Positions 32,331 to 47,150 are shown, numbered from the stretch's first letter. The stretch: DNA of 64,000 nucleotides from the human T2T-CHM13v2.0 reference genome, Homo sapiens (GCF_009914755.1 NC_060941.1); one strand, 5' to 3'. Program-made: numbers and translations. Notes: generated by a model not told the origin, from the sequence alone.

Positions 32331-32625
32331 GGCCGGGCGCGGTGGGTCATACCTGTAATCCCAGCACTTTGGGAGTCTGAGGCAGGCAGATCACGAGGTC
32401 AGGAGTTCAAGATCAGCCTGGGCAAGATGGTGAAACCCCATCTGTACTAAAAATACAAAAAAAGTTAGCCGGGTATGGTGGTGGGCGCCTGTAATCCCAG
32501 CTACTTGGGAGGCTGAGGCAGAGAATTGCTTAAACCCAGGAGGCAGAGGATGCAGTGAGCCGAGATCATGCCACTGCCCTCCAGCCTGGGCCACAGAGCG
32601 AAACTCCATCTCAAAAAAAAAAAAA
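32331..32625 (+). mobile_element. AluS (Sg/Sc-like) element
   Basis: Full dimer; TSD aagaatgacaaacta on both sides. Confidence 0.93.
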
Positions 32626-33654
32626 AAGAATGACAAACTAGGATTTCTGGTGGAAGAAATCTAAGTAGCAAAGTGCTCAAGATGCTGTGTAGCTACTTCT
32701 GGCCACTTACAGTGAGCTATGGGAGCAAAGGGATGATTTAAAGATATAATTTATAATTAAAAGGGAAGCAGAGCATAAACATTTCAAAAATTCCCAGCCT
32801 GGCCATGTAAAGAATGAAAAAGAATGTTTGGAAAGACAAAACAAGAGTGTGACCTGATGACCAGTTACTAAAGAGATTAGCATGAATAAGGAGCCAGGTG
32901 CTAGTCATCAAATTCATGGGAAAATGGTCCCCAAGGTATTTGAGAGACCTTGGAGGCTGTACCTCCCATCACAGGCCCAGAGGCTGAGGAGGGCAGAATG
33001 GCTTTAGGAGATGGGCTACTACCCAGGACTTCAGGTGTCTACTCCTTGCATGCCAGTGTGGTCCTGCTTGGCTGCACCAGCTGTGTGGCTCAAGTGGCCC
33101 CAGGTGCAGCTTGACTCACCTCTCCAAAAGGTACATGCCATAGATTGTGGCAGCAACATGCTGTGGTTCAAGTGAGCCTAGATGTGGCTTGTGCCACAGC
33201 TCCAGAGGACGCATGCAGTAAGCCTGGCAGTGTCTGTGTGGTGCTAATTCTGCAGGTGTGCAGAATGCAAGAGGTGTGGAAGAGTGCTTTTCTTCAAGAT
33301 TTCAAAGAATGTTGTAGAAAGCCCACAGGCCCAGGCAAAAACTTGCCATGGGGTGGAGCCACCACAGAGGTTCCCTACAAGGGCAATGCCTATGAGGGAC
33401 TTGGAAGTGGGGCTGCTGCTGCAGCCACTGGCAGCATGCAACACTGGCCCAGGAAAGCTGTAAGCACCAGTGTACAACTCTATCCTGTGAGAACAGTTAT
33501 GTGGGCTGAGCCCAGCAAAGTCATGGGAGCTGGGTTGCCTGAGGCCTTGGGAGCTCACCCCTGCCCAACAGGGGGTATTACCTAGAGTGTCCAGGTGATG
33601 GCACATAGAGCGAAAGATTATTTTGTGTGTGTATGTGTGTGTGTATGTGTGTAT

Positions 33655-33784
33655 TTTTTTAAGACATGAGGTCTAGCTATGTTGCCCAGACTAGACTCGA
33701 ACTCCTGGGCCCAAACAATTCTTGCACTTCAGCCTCCCACGTAGCTGAGACTACAGGAATATGCCATTGTGCCTGTCCCTGGCC
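33655..33784 (-). mobile_element. FLAM/Alu monomer
   Basis: ctatgttgcccagactagactcgaactcctggg...; flanking gaaagattatt TSD. Confidence 0.75.
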
Positions 33785-34389
33785 GAAAGATTATTCTGGA
33801 GTTGTAAGATTCAATGTCTGCTTTGTTCAGTTTGGGACTTGCTTGGGGCTGATTACTCCTTAATTTTTGCTTCTCTCCTTTTTGGCGTGGGAATATTTAC
33901 CTGCTGCCTGTCCCATTACTGTATCTTTGAAGTAGATAACCTGTTTTGATTTCACAGGCTTACAGGAGGATGTTAGAGTTTTGAGTTTGTGCTGAAATGA
34001 AACATCTTTCAAGGAAGTATCAAAATGTGGCCTTATAACAGAAAATAAGGATTCTGATTTGGTGGCAGAGGATACTGTGCTATAAAATAAAATGTGACTG
34101 GAGAGTGAACTAAGTGCTAAGAACTTTGAAATTGCATTTGAAACAAATCTGAACTGACTGGTTTTGTTTATATTCCACAAATTTGTAGCAATTCTGTAAT
34201 AGTGCTTCTCATCAGATAGACACATGTATTCACACTCATGTGTTCATATCTATTTCCATTCATCCTTTTTTTATTGTTGTTTTAATATTAGGGTTTTACT
34301 AACTTTACAAGATGAATTGTGATAATTTCTGTATTTTGTGGTGCTTCTTTATCATATAAATTATTTATTCCTTGAAAGTTTAATAGAAC

Positions 34390-34913
34390 TGTTACCAGAA
34401 AGGGGTCCCGATCCAGAGCCCAAGAGAGGGTTTTTGGATCCCGTGCAAGAAATAATTCGGGGCTAGTCCATAGATTAGAGTGAAAGCGAATTTATTAAGA
34501 AAGTAAAGGAATAAAGAATGGCTACTCCTTAGAGCAGCCCTGAGGGCTGCTGGTTGCTCAATTTTATGGTTATTTCTTGATTATATGCTAGACAAAGGGT
34601 GGATTATTTATGCCTCTCCTTTTTAGACCATATAGGGTAACATCCTGTCATTGCCATGACATTCGTAAACTGTCTTGGCACTGGTGGGCATGTAGCAGTG
34701 AGGATGCCCAGAGGTCACTCTCATTGCCATCTTGGTTTTAGTGGGTTTGGGCCGGCATCTTTACTGCACCCTGTTTTGTCAGCATGGTCTTTACGACCTG
34801 TATCTTGTGCTGATCTCCTATCTCATTCTGTGATTAAGAATGCCCTAACTTACTGGGAATGCAGCCCAGTAGGTCTCGGCCTTATTTTACCCAGCCCCTA
34901 TTCAAGATGGAGT
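34390..34913 (-). mobile_element. MER41A (ERV1) solo LTR
   Basis: Minus strand reads actccatcttgaataggggctgggtaaaataagg..gagacctactgggctgcattcccag; lacks the tandem-GAS segment of MER41B. Confidence 0.85.
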
Positions 34914-35611
34914 ATACACACATTTGCGTGTGTTCTGTATTTCACAGAGGAAAAGGACTTTTATGTGCATTACCTAATTTAATCTGTGTAGCAAATATGT
35001 GAGAGACTTTATAGGTGAGATATTAAATGTATTGCCCAAGATTATACAGCTAGTAGGAATAGAAGCCATTGAATTCTCACTGTATGTATATTGCTGTCCC
35101 TGAATAAATGAGACAGTTGAGTGGAATTAAGTCTAAACTGAGACCTGGAAACTGTCTTTTCTTTGAAGTAGTGACTCAGATGTAAGAGATTTTAAGTTGC
35201 TAAGGATTATACCAGAGCAACAAGTAGCCAAAAATTTGGTGGCTTCTTGTGCTAGAGTTGAGAAATACTTTGAGAAATTTGTGTAAGTTTTTGCTCTTTG
35301 ATTTTTTTCTTGTTTTTCATAGAAACATATTAAATATGTCAGTTTCCTGTATGTTTTATTATTTGAAAAATCACCCTATTAGACATTAAATGTAAACTAA
35401 ACTAATTACCATTAGTATTTCTCCATGGCTTTCCTCCTTATTAACTGTGTGTTAATACAGTTGATGGTAATTTTTTTTTAAGTATGCTGTAGAACATTGG
35501 TCTCAATCATTTTAACCTGCTTATATGTTCATACAATATTTACTGAAAATGTTAGGGATTCCCTACTAGAGTGGCACATGTGATGATTAGAAGTTGGTGA
35601 ATGAAGTTTCA

Positions 35612-36147
<536 letters not shown>

Positions 36148-36249
36148 ATCAACATGAGTTGGTTAGGTACCTATGTCCTTCCATGATTCTGTAATATCTG
36201 TTGCTGGTGACCTTTGACTTCGTATCCTGTAAATCTCCCTTTTATTTTT

Positions 36250-36880
36250 GTTCATTCCTTTAAGCAACATTAACCTCCTCCTACTCGAGGACTCCTATGC
36301 ATGCTGCTCCCTATGCCTAGAATGTTAGTTAGCTCCCTTACTTCATTGATATTTCTAATCAGAAATCACCTTCTCGGTGAAGTCTTTCCTTGCCACCAGA
36401 TCTAAGACTCTAACCCCTTCTTCATGTCACCTTTTTATTTTGTCCTCCCTTTTAAATTTTGTCTCTGTAGCGATTATCATTATTCATCTTATATGTCTTG
36501 CTTTTCTGCTTTATTATCTGTCTTTCCTACTAGAGTACAAGTTTCATGTAAGTCCATTCTCTTTTACACTGCTGTATCCTCAGTACCTGCCCGGCACATA
36601 GCAAGTACTTAGTAATATTTGTTTTATGAATGAAAACATTCTTTATGACATTTTAAGGATAACTCTGGCATCAGTGTATAGAATAGACTGCAGTGAGGAA
36701 ATACTAATTAAGAGACAATGAAAAGGCTCAAGAAGTGACAGTAGGAATAAAGAGACAGAGGATACACAAGGAAGACATTTTTGAGGTAGACTATATAAGA
36801 TTTGTTTACTAGAGTGGCTGGGAAGTGAAAAGAATGGGAAGAAATAATTTGTTCTGAAATTTCTGGTTAGAGAGACTGGC
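36250..36880. mobile_element. L2 fragments
   Basis: cactgctgtatcctcagtacctg..cggcacatagcaagtacttagtaatatttg..tgaatgaa L2 3' end, with an adjacent opposite-strand piece. Confidence 0.65.
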
Positions 36881-38559
36881 ACACTGGTACATTGCATTGT
36901 TCCAGGCTCATATTGGATATTCAGTGATCATATATTGAATGAATAACTATTCAGAGATAAAATGTTAAACTTTTGCACTAAATTTTGCTTTCAAATGTAA
37001 TTTATTTAGCTCTGTGGTTTATTTCCATACTCTGAATTTCTTTGTAAATTACTCTTATTCCAACTTTAGGATTATGCTTCCCCAGGACCTCAGAACAATT
37101 TTAAATGTTACAAGCCTTTTTAGCACTGTACTGCAATATTTTAGCCTAAAGATTTATTCCCTGATCATCTACTTTCATAGGTTGGTACTTTCAAAGTTTG
37201 CTGCATCCCTCCATGTTGGTAAAGAAGGAAGACAGAAAGCTATGTAAGGCTTATGCAGTCAGCACAAGTCGTTTTGTGACTAATTCTTTCCCATTTAAAG
37301 GAAGTTCATTTTCATTCTATTTAGTTTCTTCCTATCCTCAACTTGTACAAGGCACTTGAAATTTAAAATAGTGGTTTCTTAGTACTGATTGAAGTTTCCC
37401 TGGTAAAACTACTTTCATAAATGATCAATTCACATTTTAACAACAATTTTTTTAAAGTATTAAGTTAAACAATTTAAACTGGTTTAGTTTGGATGCTATT
37501 GCTGAAGATCGGTTACTGTAAAAATCCAAGTGTATATCAGTATGCCACTTATAATTCTACATTCATAAATTTGAGAGTGCAACGAAGAAAAAGAAATATT
37601 GAGTAATAGACTGATTTTTGATTCTTTAAAAAAGGGATTTAAATAATGAGTTAAATATATGATTTTGTCCTTAATACGCTATTTTTCATAGGTATATTTT
37701 GATATAGAACAATGTTTGTGCCAAATTAAAATGATAAATTATTTTAATACTGTCAAAATTTTCATCTGAATATATTTAGATTTTTGTTTTCTTAGAGAAC
37801 TTTATTTCAAAGAAAAAAAACCTCTTGATAACAGATTTGTGCTTTTGCAAATTTATGGTATTAGTCTATACCATCTCATGGTCTCCTTATGATAATATAG
37901 TTATGCTTCTGTTTTTTTGAGATATATGGGAATTTTAATACAAACCCATACATGTACTCATAATAGTGAAAAGTTAATGATAGAACCAAGAAATGAGTGC
38001 GATATTAAAGGGAGAGCAAATGATAGTTTTAAAATTGGTATGATACAGCAATCATAGACTCTTTGTCCTCAAGGGTCTCTAGAATACATTTCTATAAATG
38101 GGAAGCATCTTTCTTACATATTTTATTCCTTACGTTAAAGAAACTCAGTAACCAAAAATTTGACCTTAAAAACAAGTTCCGCACTCCCCCACCTCATTCC
38201 ATTTTCATAGAATTTTTTTTCTATTCTATTCTGGTTCTATTTGACTCCCCAGAGAAAATAGGTTAACTTACTTTTTTCCAGATTTAGAGTGCTCTGACCT
38301 AGAGTCATGATTCTTTGAGTTGTCACTAAAAATCTTGCCATCAGAAGTCCCGGTTCTTTAGAGGAGCCCCAAATGGATCTTTAATACCTTACCGAGATGG
38401 AAAATAAGCTGGTCATGTCTGTAAACCAAGAATGAACAAGGTAGGGTTTGTTTTTTCCTTTAATATTAATTTTTAAATATTTCACTTGTGTTATATTGAA
38501 GGAACAAGTAACATTGAAAATGTTGTCTTTATTATTAGAATGAGACAGAATGTTTTGCC

Positions 38560-39054
38560 TGTATAGGGGAAGTAAAACTTCACTTCTACTCTCAGGGTCT
38601 CCAGCTGGACCTGAGAATTAAATTGACATAAGACAGATTAATAGAGGAAAAGCATACAGATTTTTACATGTATGCCTCCACAGGGAAATGATGACCTAGA
38701 CATATATGTACTAAGTTGGACAAAGAGTAGTAAATTGTAAAAACATAAAAAGACACAGGGGCTTGGGCTAGGGCAGTTAATCATGGAGAAATGGCTAGGA
38801 AGATAAGGGCTTGTCTTACAAGGTTGGTTGGTTCAGATTTGCCTCAACTCCCCATCTCGGGTGATAAGAATATTTCTTTTCTCCAGGTACAGGAAGGACA
38901 GCTTTTACATTGGAGTTTCATCTCCACTTTTCAGGAAGAAAAAGGAAAGTCAGAGTGCCCTTCTTGGATCTGCTGGTTTTCAAGTGCCTTTAGTTCAAAA
39001 TAATCCTTATGCCAAAGTTACATGTTTTGGGGTAGCATATTCTGCCATCTTTCA
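38560..39054 (-). mobile_element. ERV1 solo LTR (MER34-like)
   Basis: tg...ca bounded; gacataagacagattaatagaggaaaagcatac and tatgccaaagt..catgttttggggt motifs. Confidence 0.65.
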
Positions 39055-42000
39055 TATGGTAACTCCATGGCTCAATAACTTTCTACTGAAATGTCTTTTA
39101 TAAAACTACTTCATATGTTCTCAGGCCAGTGTTGTTGTTAAAAGAAAAAAAGGGAAAAAGGAAAACAATTACTTCATGTAGTCAGTAGGATATATCAGTG
39201 AAATAATATTGATAAAAAGATATATGATAAAGATATAATACTAATTTTATTTATACAAAAAATGGTTTTACTATTTTACAGGAGCCTATGGTATTGAAGT
39301 ATCCTTATGTATTTGAAGATTTAAACTTGGAAAAAAATACTTTGTTCATCTCTTCATACAGTTGATTCAGATTCAGCATACATTTATTAAATGTTTATTA
39401 TGCACCATGTTAAGTACTTTAACCAGAGTTATCCTCATATATTACACAGCCTACGTTAGCTTGAAATGTGTATAAAAATTTGAAAATTTTGGGATTATTT
39501 CCTTTTTGTTCACTAAAGATTTTATTTTTGGACTCCATAGTTTTGATTAGGAAAGAACTTGGTAAATAATATTTATAATTATTGTAAAGCTGCTTAGCCA
39601 GTAGTCTGTGCCAGACCAAGAGTGTTACTTGGAACAGAAATATCTCTTATCCATTTTGTATCCTTGGTCTATAGCATAATGTTTTATAATACATATTTGT
39701 TAAATGGCATAAATTTTCTGAGAAAGTCATAACATTATTCTGGTCTTATGTTTTGTGATTTAAAAAAATTAGATATAACTAGTTTTCAATCATTTTGAAA
39801 TAATTTACAAACCCTTTAGAACAGTGCTGTTCAGTACAACTTTCTCTGATGATAGGTATATTTTATAAATCTGTGTTGTCTTATACTGTAATGGAAAGAA
39901 CTTATGGCTGCCTCCAATTTTGGTTCATTAATTCACTCCACAGAGATTTTTTAGTGCTTACTGTATATCAGAAATTGTGATTCATGATGGAGATATTTCC
40001 TAGTCTCAGGGAGCTCAAAGTCTAATAAAGGAGAGAGATTTCTAAACCAACAGCAACAATATACTTGGAGGATAGGCTGGGAGGAGAGGAGAATGCAAGT
40101 TGAATTGTGAAGGACAAGTTAATAGTGGTCCAAATAGAGAAAGCAGCATTTGCTAGTAGATGGAGAGAGGAGACTATTTGGTTCATTCCAGTAACTGCAG
40201 TAATTCTTTCTATTTCTGGTACCTAGGGTGAGTAAGAAAGTTGCTAAAAAGAATGGACAGTTAATCACAGTAATCACTCATCAGTTAATGACATGCTTTG
40301 TGTGCCATGCTAAAGACTTTGCATTATATCCTTAAAGCTGCAAGTGAGCCACTGCAGGGTTTTAAACTGGTAAGTAAAAATCATTTTAACATCTAAGCTT
40401 AGTCCTCTTGACCCCATATTTATTAAACTTGAACTTTTTAGAGGAAATATGAACTTTATGTTAAAATTTGAATTTGATTAGATCCCGTAGAGTCTCCTCC
40501 CTGGTCAGTTTTGTTATTGTGGTAGTTAGGATGGTTAGAATTACTAGAGATACAATTTAAAATACTGAGACATTGAAGGGGATTTATACATTCATATAAC
40601 TAAGAATTCCAGCAGTAGAACAATTACAGGTAAATTAATTCTGAAGCTCAACAGCATCACCAAAGACTCAATTTCTTTCTCTCTGCCATTTTCAGTGTAT
40701 TGTTTATTGTTCTCAGGTTTGTCCTTACATAGCTGCAAGAGGACTGCAGTACCTTCAACTTTTACATCCACACACAGCATTGTTCATAGACTACTAGAAC
40801 AACTAATCCCTTCTTGGGTCCCTTTTTAAGTTAAGGGAAACTTTCCAGACAGACACCCCATGCCACCCCCCACCCCCCGATTCACCTCACATCCAGTTGG
40901 CCAGGTTATATCACTTAACCTTTCTTAAGCCAATTAATGAAATTGCAAATGTTGTTATTGAGATTCATTTACTAATCAAAGTTCAACCCCTGAGAACCAG
41001 CCTCCCTTGAAGCAAATACCTAAAATAAAGTCAGCGTTCTTTTAGCATGAAATAAAGGATTGGATAGGCAACTAGTGGAGTCTGCCACTTTGTTTTTCTA
41101 ACCTAGTTTTGTTTTTTTTTATCTTAAAAATTAGCAGTCTTTCTCATACCAAGAGTTAGAAGGACAAGCCCAAATTTGCCTAAGATAGGAAAGACAAGAC
41201 CACCTTAAGTTTGTTAATAATCCAAATATTTTGATAAGAAGTTTGCAGAAATGAGGAGCTGTTGTAGTATAAATTAATCTTTCTGAGGCTTACCACTTCG
41301 AAGATCTTAAATGACATGGTTCTTGACTGCAAAGCTGAGGACTGGGCCCCAAACTATAGGATTTTAGTATCAGAGGCCTGCCTGGGAAACCAACCAGCAT
41401 CCCAGAAGATAGATTTCTATGATTGTTCTTGACCAGGGGAATTCTCTTCTGGAATAGGAGTGGATGGGAGATTTGCTCCTATTTAATTTCTTTCCTAAAT
41501 GTATAATTTTAATGACATAAATCTTTTTTGTACCTGAAAGAGGTCAGGTTTTTCCAAACTCAAGTATTAGAAACATATTTGTCTACTTTTTTGTTGTCAC
41601 CTTTCATCCTAACCACAGAAGGCTTGGCTGGGGAATGTTCTTTGGGAGAAAGAGAATATTGAAGAAAAAATGATTTTTTTCAAAGTAAAGCCTGGCTATA
41701 CTATTTGCTTCAAAAATTTACATCACACTTCATGATCTTAGCTCTGGTATTATTCATATACTAGTCACTATAGTCACTTCTTTACTCAGAATATTGTGTT
41801 ACTTTGCTGTTCTACTTTGTTTCCATTTTAAAAAATGGTCAGACCATTCAGTTTTCCTTTCTGTTAAGCTTCCAGTGGATTCATGCTCTAAGGATGAGGT
41901 ACTATTAGATACTTCTTTCCTTCCTTTCTGTGTTATTTTTCCATCCCTGATTATAGGGTGAGCACTTAATGTGGACCAAGTAGAGTATTGGGGGACACAG

Positions 42001-42996
42001 CTTACTTAGAAATAAAAGAGATAGTCTTTGCCAGATTATACTGCCTGTAATAAATAAACCAGTATTACTAAAATATAGTATGAGAAGTATTGTGATGAAC
42101 CTTCTACATGGAGTACTAAGGGAGTTCCAAGGGAAGGACTCAATCTCAGACTGGAGGGAAATGGAACAATTCTTGGAGGAGGTGGTGACTATCACCAAGC
42201 CTACATAGCAGTTAGCCACTTTGAGAAATGGGGAAGAGGATGTTTCAGGCACAGAGTACAGCAAGTGTAAAGACGAAGTTGTGAGAAAACTTGACACATT
42301 TTGTGAACTATATATAGGTAGTTTGGTACTGTGGTGGTTCACTCCCATTTCTTATATCTATTTCTTTCTGCATATCTATTTCATTCTCTTGCAACCTTGC
42401 ACATTTGTTTTAGTTCAAATAGTAGAACATAGCTACCAACAACTGAGTTTTGTATGTTATAGTCCAGGCACCCAGAGAAGGATACTGATTCAGTTCTTTT
42501 GTTTTCACATCCATAAGCTCATGGGTAGGTCAACTCCGGTCTTATTTAGGTCTGGTGTCCACCCTTTGACAAGTCAGTTACACTTTGGACTAGGGTGTGG
42601 CTGAGGTTTGTGATCATCTCAGCTTGGGTTAGCTGCCTATCCCAGTGCAAATCATCTATGGTAGAGGGAGGGAGTAAATTAGTATGGGAGTGAGAGTTTT
42701 TAAAGGGCACTTCCCAGAAAGGGGCGTATGTGACTCTGAGTAGGCAAAATGACATGCCATCTGTAGGAGCTATTGCAGCAGCATCCAGGCAAGAGATAAT
42801 GAGGGTCTGAACTAAGAGCCTGGTGGTGGTATGGAGAAAAGAATCGACTGAACTACATGATTGATTGGGTGTAGGTCAAATGAAGGAAGAGCCTTAGTCT
42901 TACTTTTTAATTTACTTAACAAAAATACTTATCAAGTGCTTGCTAGAGCTACTGGAGATACAGCAGTGCTATATATCAGATCACTAAAAGAACAAC

Positions 42997-43885
42997 TTGT
43001 TCTATACTCACACATTCTGACACCAGATGTGTTCCATTAAACAATTCTCCAACTCTTCCAAAACCAACTGAGTATCCTACAATTTAATTCTGATGACTAG
43101 GAGTTAGTTAGACCCCACAGGTTGAGGACTAGTCCCACAAGACGCCCCCCACTTAGACACTAATTGCCAAGTCTAGACCCTTGTACTTCTTCTGACCTAC
43201 AAGCTATAATTTCTAGGTGCCCATGGCTCCCTCCTTGGGTTCAGTAATTTGTCAGAACAGCTCACAGAAATCAGGAAGACACTTAACATTTGCCAGTTTA
43301 TTATAAAGGATATTACAGAGAATCTATATGAACAGCCAGATGAAGAAGTACATAGGATAAGATCTGAGCATGGGAACTCTGCTCCTGTGGAATTGGGGTG
43401 CCCCACTCTCCTGACATGAGGTTCACTGACCCAGCAGCTCTGTCAACCCCATTGTTTAGAGTTTTTATGGAAGCTTCATTATGTAGGCATGATTGATGAA
43501 ATCATTGGCCATTGGTGATTGAGCTCAATCTCCAGTCCTTTTCCGTTCCCCAGAAGTTGGGGTGGGTGGAGCTGAAAGTTTCCCCTGATTTGATGATTGG
43601 TTCCTCTGGCAGTCATCCCCCATCCTGAAGCTATTCTGGGGCTTTCAGCCACCAGTAATCTCATTAACATACAAAAAGACACTCTTATCTCTCCTGGTAG
43701 TAAAATACCAAGGCTCTTAGTAGCTCTTGTGTCTATTACTGGGTGACTGAGATCAAATATTATAATAAAAGATGCCCTTATCATCCCAACACTATAAGCG
43801 TTTGAGGAAACTATAAGGGTTTTAGAAGCTCTGTGTCAGGAACTGGGGGTGGGAGGCAGAACCAAATAGATGTTTCCTATGTCAT
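42997..43885 (-). mobile_element. MER21-family LTR (second copy)
   Basis: Shares motifs with 20645-21530 (ccaactgagtatcctacaattt, cattggccattggtgattgagctcaatctccag, gctctgtgtcaggaac). Confidence 0.85.
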
Positions 43886-44327
43886 AATGATATAACTAAA
43901 CTTACATTCAAGGACAACACCATGTTTATAAAGGAAGTTTCTGGGTTAAGTGACTGGGTGAATGATGGTGCTCTTCATTTGAGGTTTGGGAGGAAATGTA
44001 ATGAATTCATTTTATGAAATGTGAAATTTGAGGTGATGATGGGTTATCCAGGGGATGTTAGATATTTGGGTTATGGACCCACAGGAGAAGGCAGAGGAAG
44101 AGAGAGAGAATTGGAAGTCATGACCATCCAGTGGTAATTGAAGTTTTTAAAAACTATAAAGTCGAATTTACTTTTTTATTTTGGTGTTCGGTTTTATGAA
44201 TTTTCACACATGTGTAAATGTGTGTAGCTACCACCACAATTAGCATACATCACCTTACAGGTTACATCATGATATTCGTTTCTGGTCACTCTCTTCCCCC
44301 GTCCTTCACCTGGGAAACCAATGAGCT

Positions 44328-45728
44328 ATGAAGATGGTTACACTAAACAACAGATTTTCAATGTAGATGAAACAGCTTTGTATGGGAAGAAGATGCCATC
44401 TAGGACTTTGTTGCTAGAGAGAAGTCAGTGCCTGGGTTCCAAGCTTTGAAGGACAGGCTGACTCTCTTGTTAGGGGCTAATGCAGCTGGTGACTTTAAAT
44501 TGAAGCCAGTACTCGTTTACCATTTCCAGAATTCTAGGGTCCTAAAGAATGATGCTAAATATACTCTACCTGTGCTCTATAAATGGAACAATAAAGCCTG
44601 GATGACAGCATGTCTGTTTATAGCATGGCTTACTAAATATTTTAGGCCCACCGTTGAGATCTACTGCACAGTGCTCTGATGGAAACATTCAAGGAGATTA
44701 ATGTTATTCTCATGCCTGCGAACACAACATTTATTCTTCAGCCATGGATCAAGGAGTAAATTTTGACTTTTAAGTCATATTATTTAAGAAATACATTTTT
44801 CAAGGCTATAGCTGCCATAGATAGTGATTCCTCTGATGGATCTAGGCAAAGTGAATGGAAATTCTGGAAAGGATTCACCATTCTAGATGCCATTAAGAAC
44901 ATTTATGATTCATGGGAGGAGGTCAAAATGTCAACATTAACAGAAGTTTGGAAGAAGTTGATTCCAACCCTCATGGATAGCTTTGAAGACTTCATTGGAG
45001 GAAGTAACTGTCGATGTGTGGGAATGGTAAGAGAACTAGGATTCGAAATAAAGCCTGAAGATGCACTGAATTGCAGTAATCTCATGATAAAACTTGAATG
45101 GATGAGAAGTTACTTACAGATGTGCAGAGAAAGTGGTTTCTTGAGATGGAATCTGTGTCTGGTGAAGATGCTGTGAACATTGTTGAAATGACAGCAAATA
45201 ATTTAGAATATTTCATAAACCTAGTTGATAAAACAGTGCCAGGGTTTGAAAGGATTGACTTCAATTTGAAAGAAATTCTACTGAGTAAAATGCCATCAAA
45301 TATAGTATCATTTGCTACAGAGAAATCTTTCATGAAAGGAAAAGTTATTTGATGTGGCAAACTTCATTTGTTGTCTTATTTTAAGAAATTGTCACAGCCA
45401 CACCAACCTTCAGAAACTACCCCCCGATCAGTCAGCATCCATCAACATAGAGAAAGACCCTCCACCAGCAAAAAGATCCCAACTTGCTGAAGGCTCAGAT
45501 GATAACATTTTTTAGCAAGAGAATATTTTTAAATGAAGTTATATACATTTCTTTTTAGATATAATGCTATTACAAACATAATACAAAGTTAATAGATTAT
45601 AGTGTATCATAAACATAACTTTTGTCTGCACTGGGCAAACAAGAAATTTGTGTGACTCGCTTTATTGCGATCTTCATTTTCTTGCAGTGGTCTGGAACGG
45701 AACCAGCAAAATCTCTGAGGTATGCCTG
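44328..45728 (+). mobile_element. Tigger1 DNA transposon, 3' ~1.4 kb with a disrupted transposase
   Basis: ORFs 44428, 44763 and 45098 give Tigger1 DDE transposase pieces ([40 protein letters not shown]); right TIR atctctgaggtatgcctg. Confidence 0.93.
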
Positions 45729-47150
45729 TGTATGACCTTTGAAGACTGACTTCTTTCACTTGGCATAATGCCTTTGAGATTCATCTGAGTTGTTGTGTCA
45801 AAAAGTACTAGCGAGTGTTCCTTTTTATTGCTGAATGGTATGCCATTGTATGGATGTATTGTTTGCTCATTTATTCACCCACTGAAGACCATTTGGATTA
45901 TTTCCAATTTTAGGTGATTATGAATAGAGCCACTATAAACATTCATATATGGGTTTTTGTGTGAACATAAGTTTTCGTATCTGTAGGGCTGATGCCTAAG
46001 AAGTAGGATTGTTGGATCATGTGGTAGTATATGTTTAACTACACAAGGAACTGCCAAGCAGTTTTCCAGAGTAGCTGTACCCTTTTCATTCCCACCAGCA
46101 ACATATAAGAGTTCCAAATGCTCCACCCACTTGGTAGCACTTGATATTGTCAATTGTAAAAAATTTTAGCTATTCTGTGTGTAGTGGTATTTCATTGTGG
46201 TTTTAATTTGCATTTCTCTGATGGCTAATGAACGTCTTTTCATGTGCTTGTCTTCCGTGTATCCTGTGTGGTGAAGTGTCATCAGATCTTTTGCCCATTT
46301 TTTATTTGGTTGTTTGTTTTCTCATTGGTGTATTTTAAGAGTTCATTGTGTGCTCTGTGTACAAGTCTTCTGTTGGATATGTGTTTTGCTTGCTTTGTTT
46401 ATTCTCTTAACAGTGTTTGATAAAGTTCATTTTTCTTTTTTTAATGGTTCATGTTTTTGCTATCATATTTAAAAACTCTTTGGCTAATCACAAGTCATAA
46501 AGATTTCTCCTGTGTTTCTTCTGAAAGTTTTATATTTAGATGTATGATTTATTGTTTTTTATATAAAGTGTGAGGTTAAGGTTGATGTGTTTGTTTGTTT
46601 TTGTAGGGTTGTGTAATTGTTCTAACACCATTGTTGAAAAGACTACACTTTCTCCTTTGAATAGCTTTTGCACTGTTGTTAAAAATCAATTGACTGTATT
46701 TATTTAGATGTATTTCTGCACTGTCTGTTCTGTTAACTGATCTCTTTGTATTCTTTTGCCAGTACTGCACTGTCTTGATTACTGTAGCTTTAGAGTAAGT
46801 CTTAAAATAGGGTAGTATAATTCCTCCAACTTTGTTCTTTTTCAAAATTGTCGTAGCTATTTTAGATCCTTTGCTTTTCTATATAAATTTTAGAATCATC
46901 TTGTCTATCTATAAAAAGATCCTTCTGGGATTTGGGGTGGAATTACATTAAATCTATAGATCAACTGGGATAGAACATTTTTTCCATGTGGGATCTTCTT
47001 TTAGTACATGAACATGTTATGTCTTTCCATTTGTTTAGTTCTTCCTTGATATTTTTCATCAGCATTTGGTAGTTTCCAGCATATAGATCTTGTACATGTT
47101 TCATTAGACTTACATGTAAGTTTTTTTTTTTTTTTTTTGAGCTAGTGGTA

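Larger units (their letters stand above)
31538..33985 (+). mobile_element. MST (MSTC/D-like) LTR (~31538-31924) plus MaLR internal sequence; 3' LTR largely missing
   Basis: LTR ends aatggactaagaca, followed by aaattggtac and typical MST-int sequence; explains ORFs at 33145 and 33244. Confidence 0.85.

Noticed and set aside
33145-33606. Overlapping 146-aa and 120-aa ORFs on opposite strands
   Set aside because: Both lie in GC-richer MST internal sequence and match no recognisable protein.
34390-34913. MER41 as an interferon-gamma/STAT1 enhancer
   Set aside because: The sequence joins aaaaaggagagg directly to cataaataatccacc on the minus strand and lacks the tandem TTCnnnGAA segment of MER41B.
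44428-45352. Transposase ORFs as a domesticated TIGD-like gene
   Set aside because: Split across frames by stops and indels and missing the N-terminal DNA-binding domain; an ordinary decayed Tigger1.
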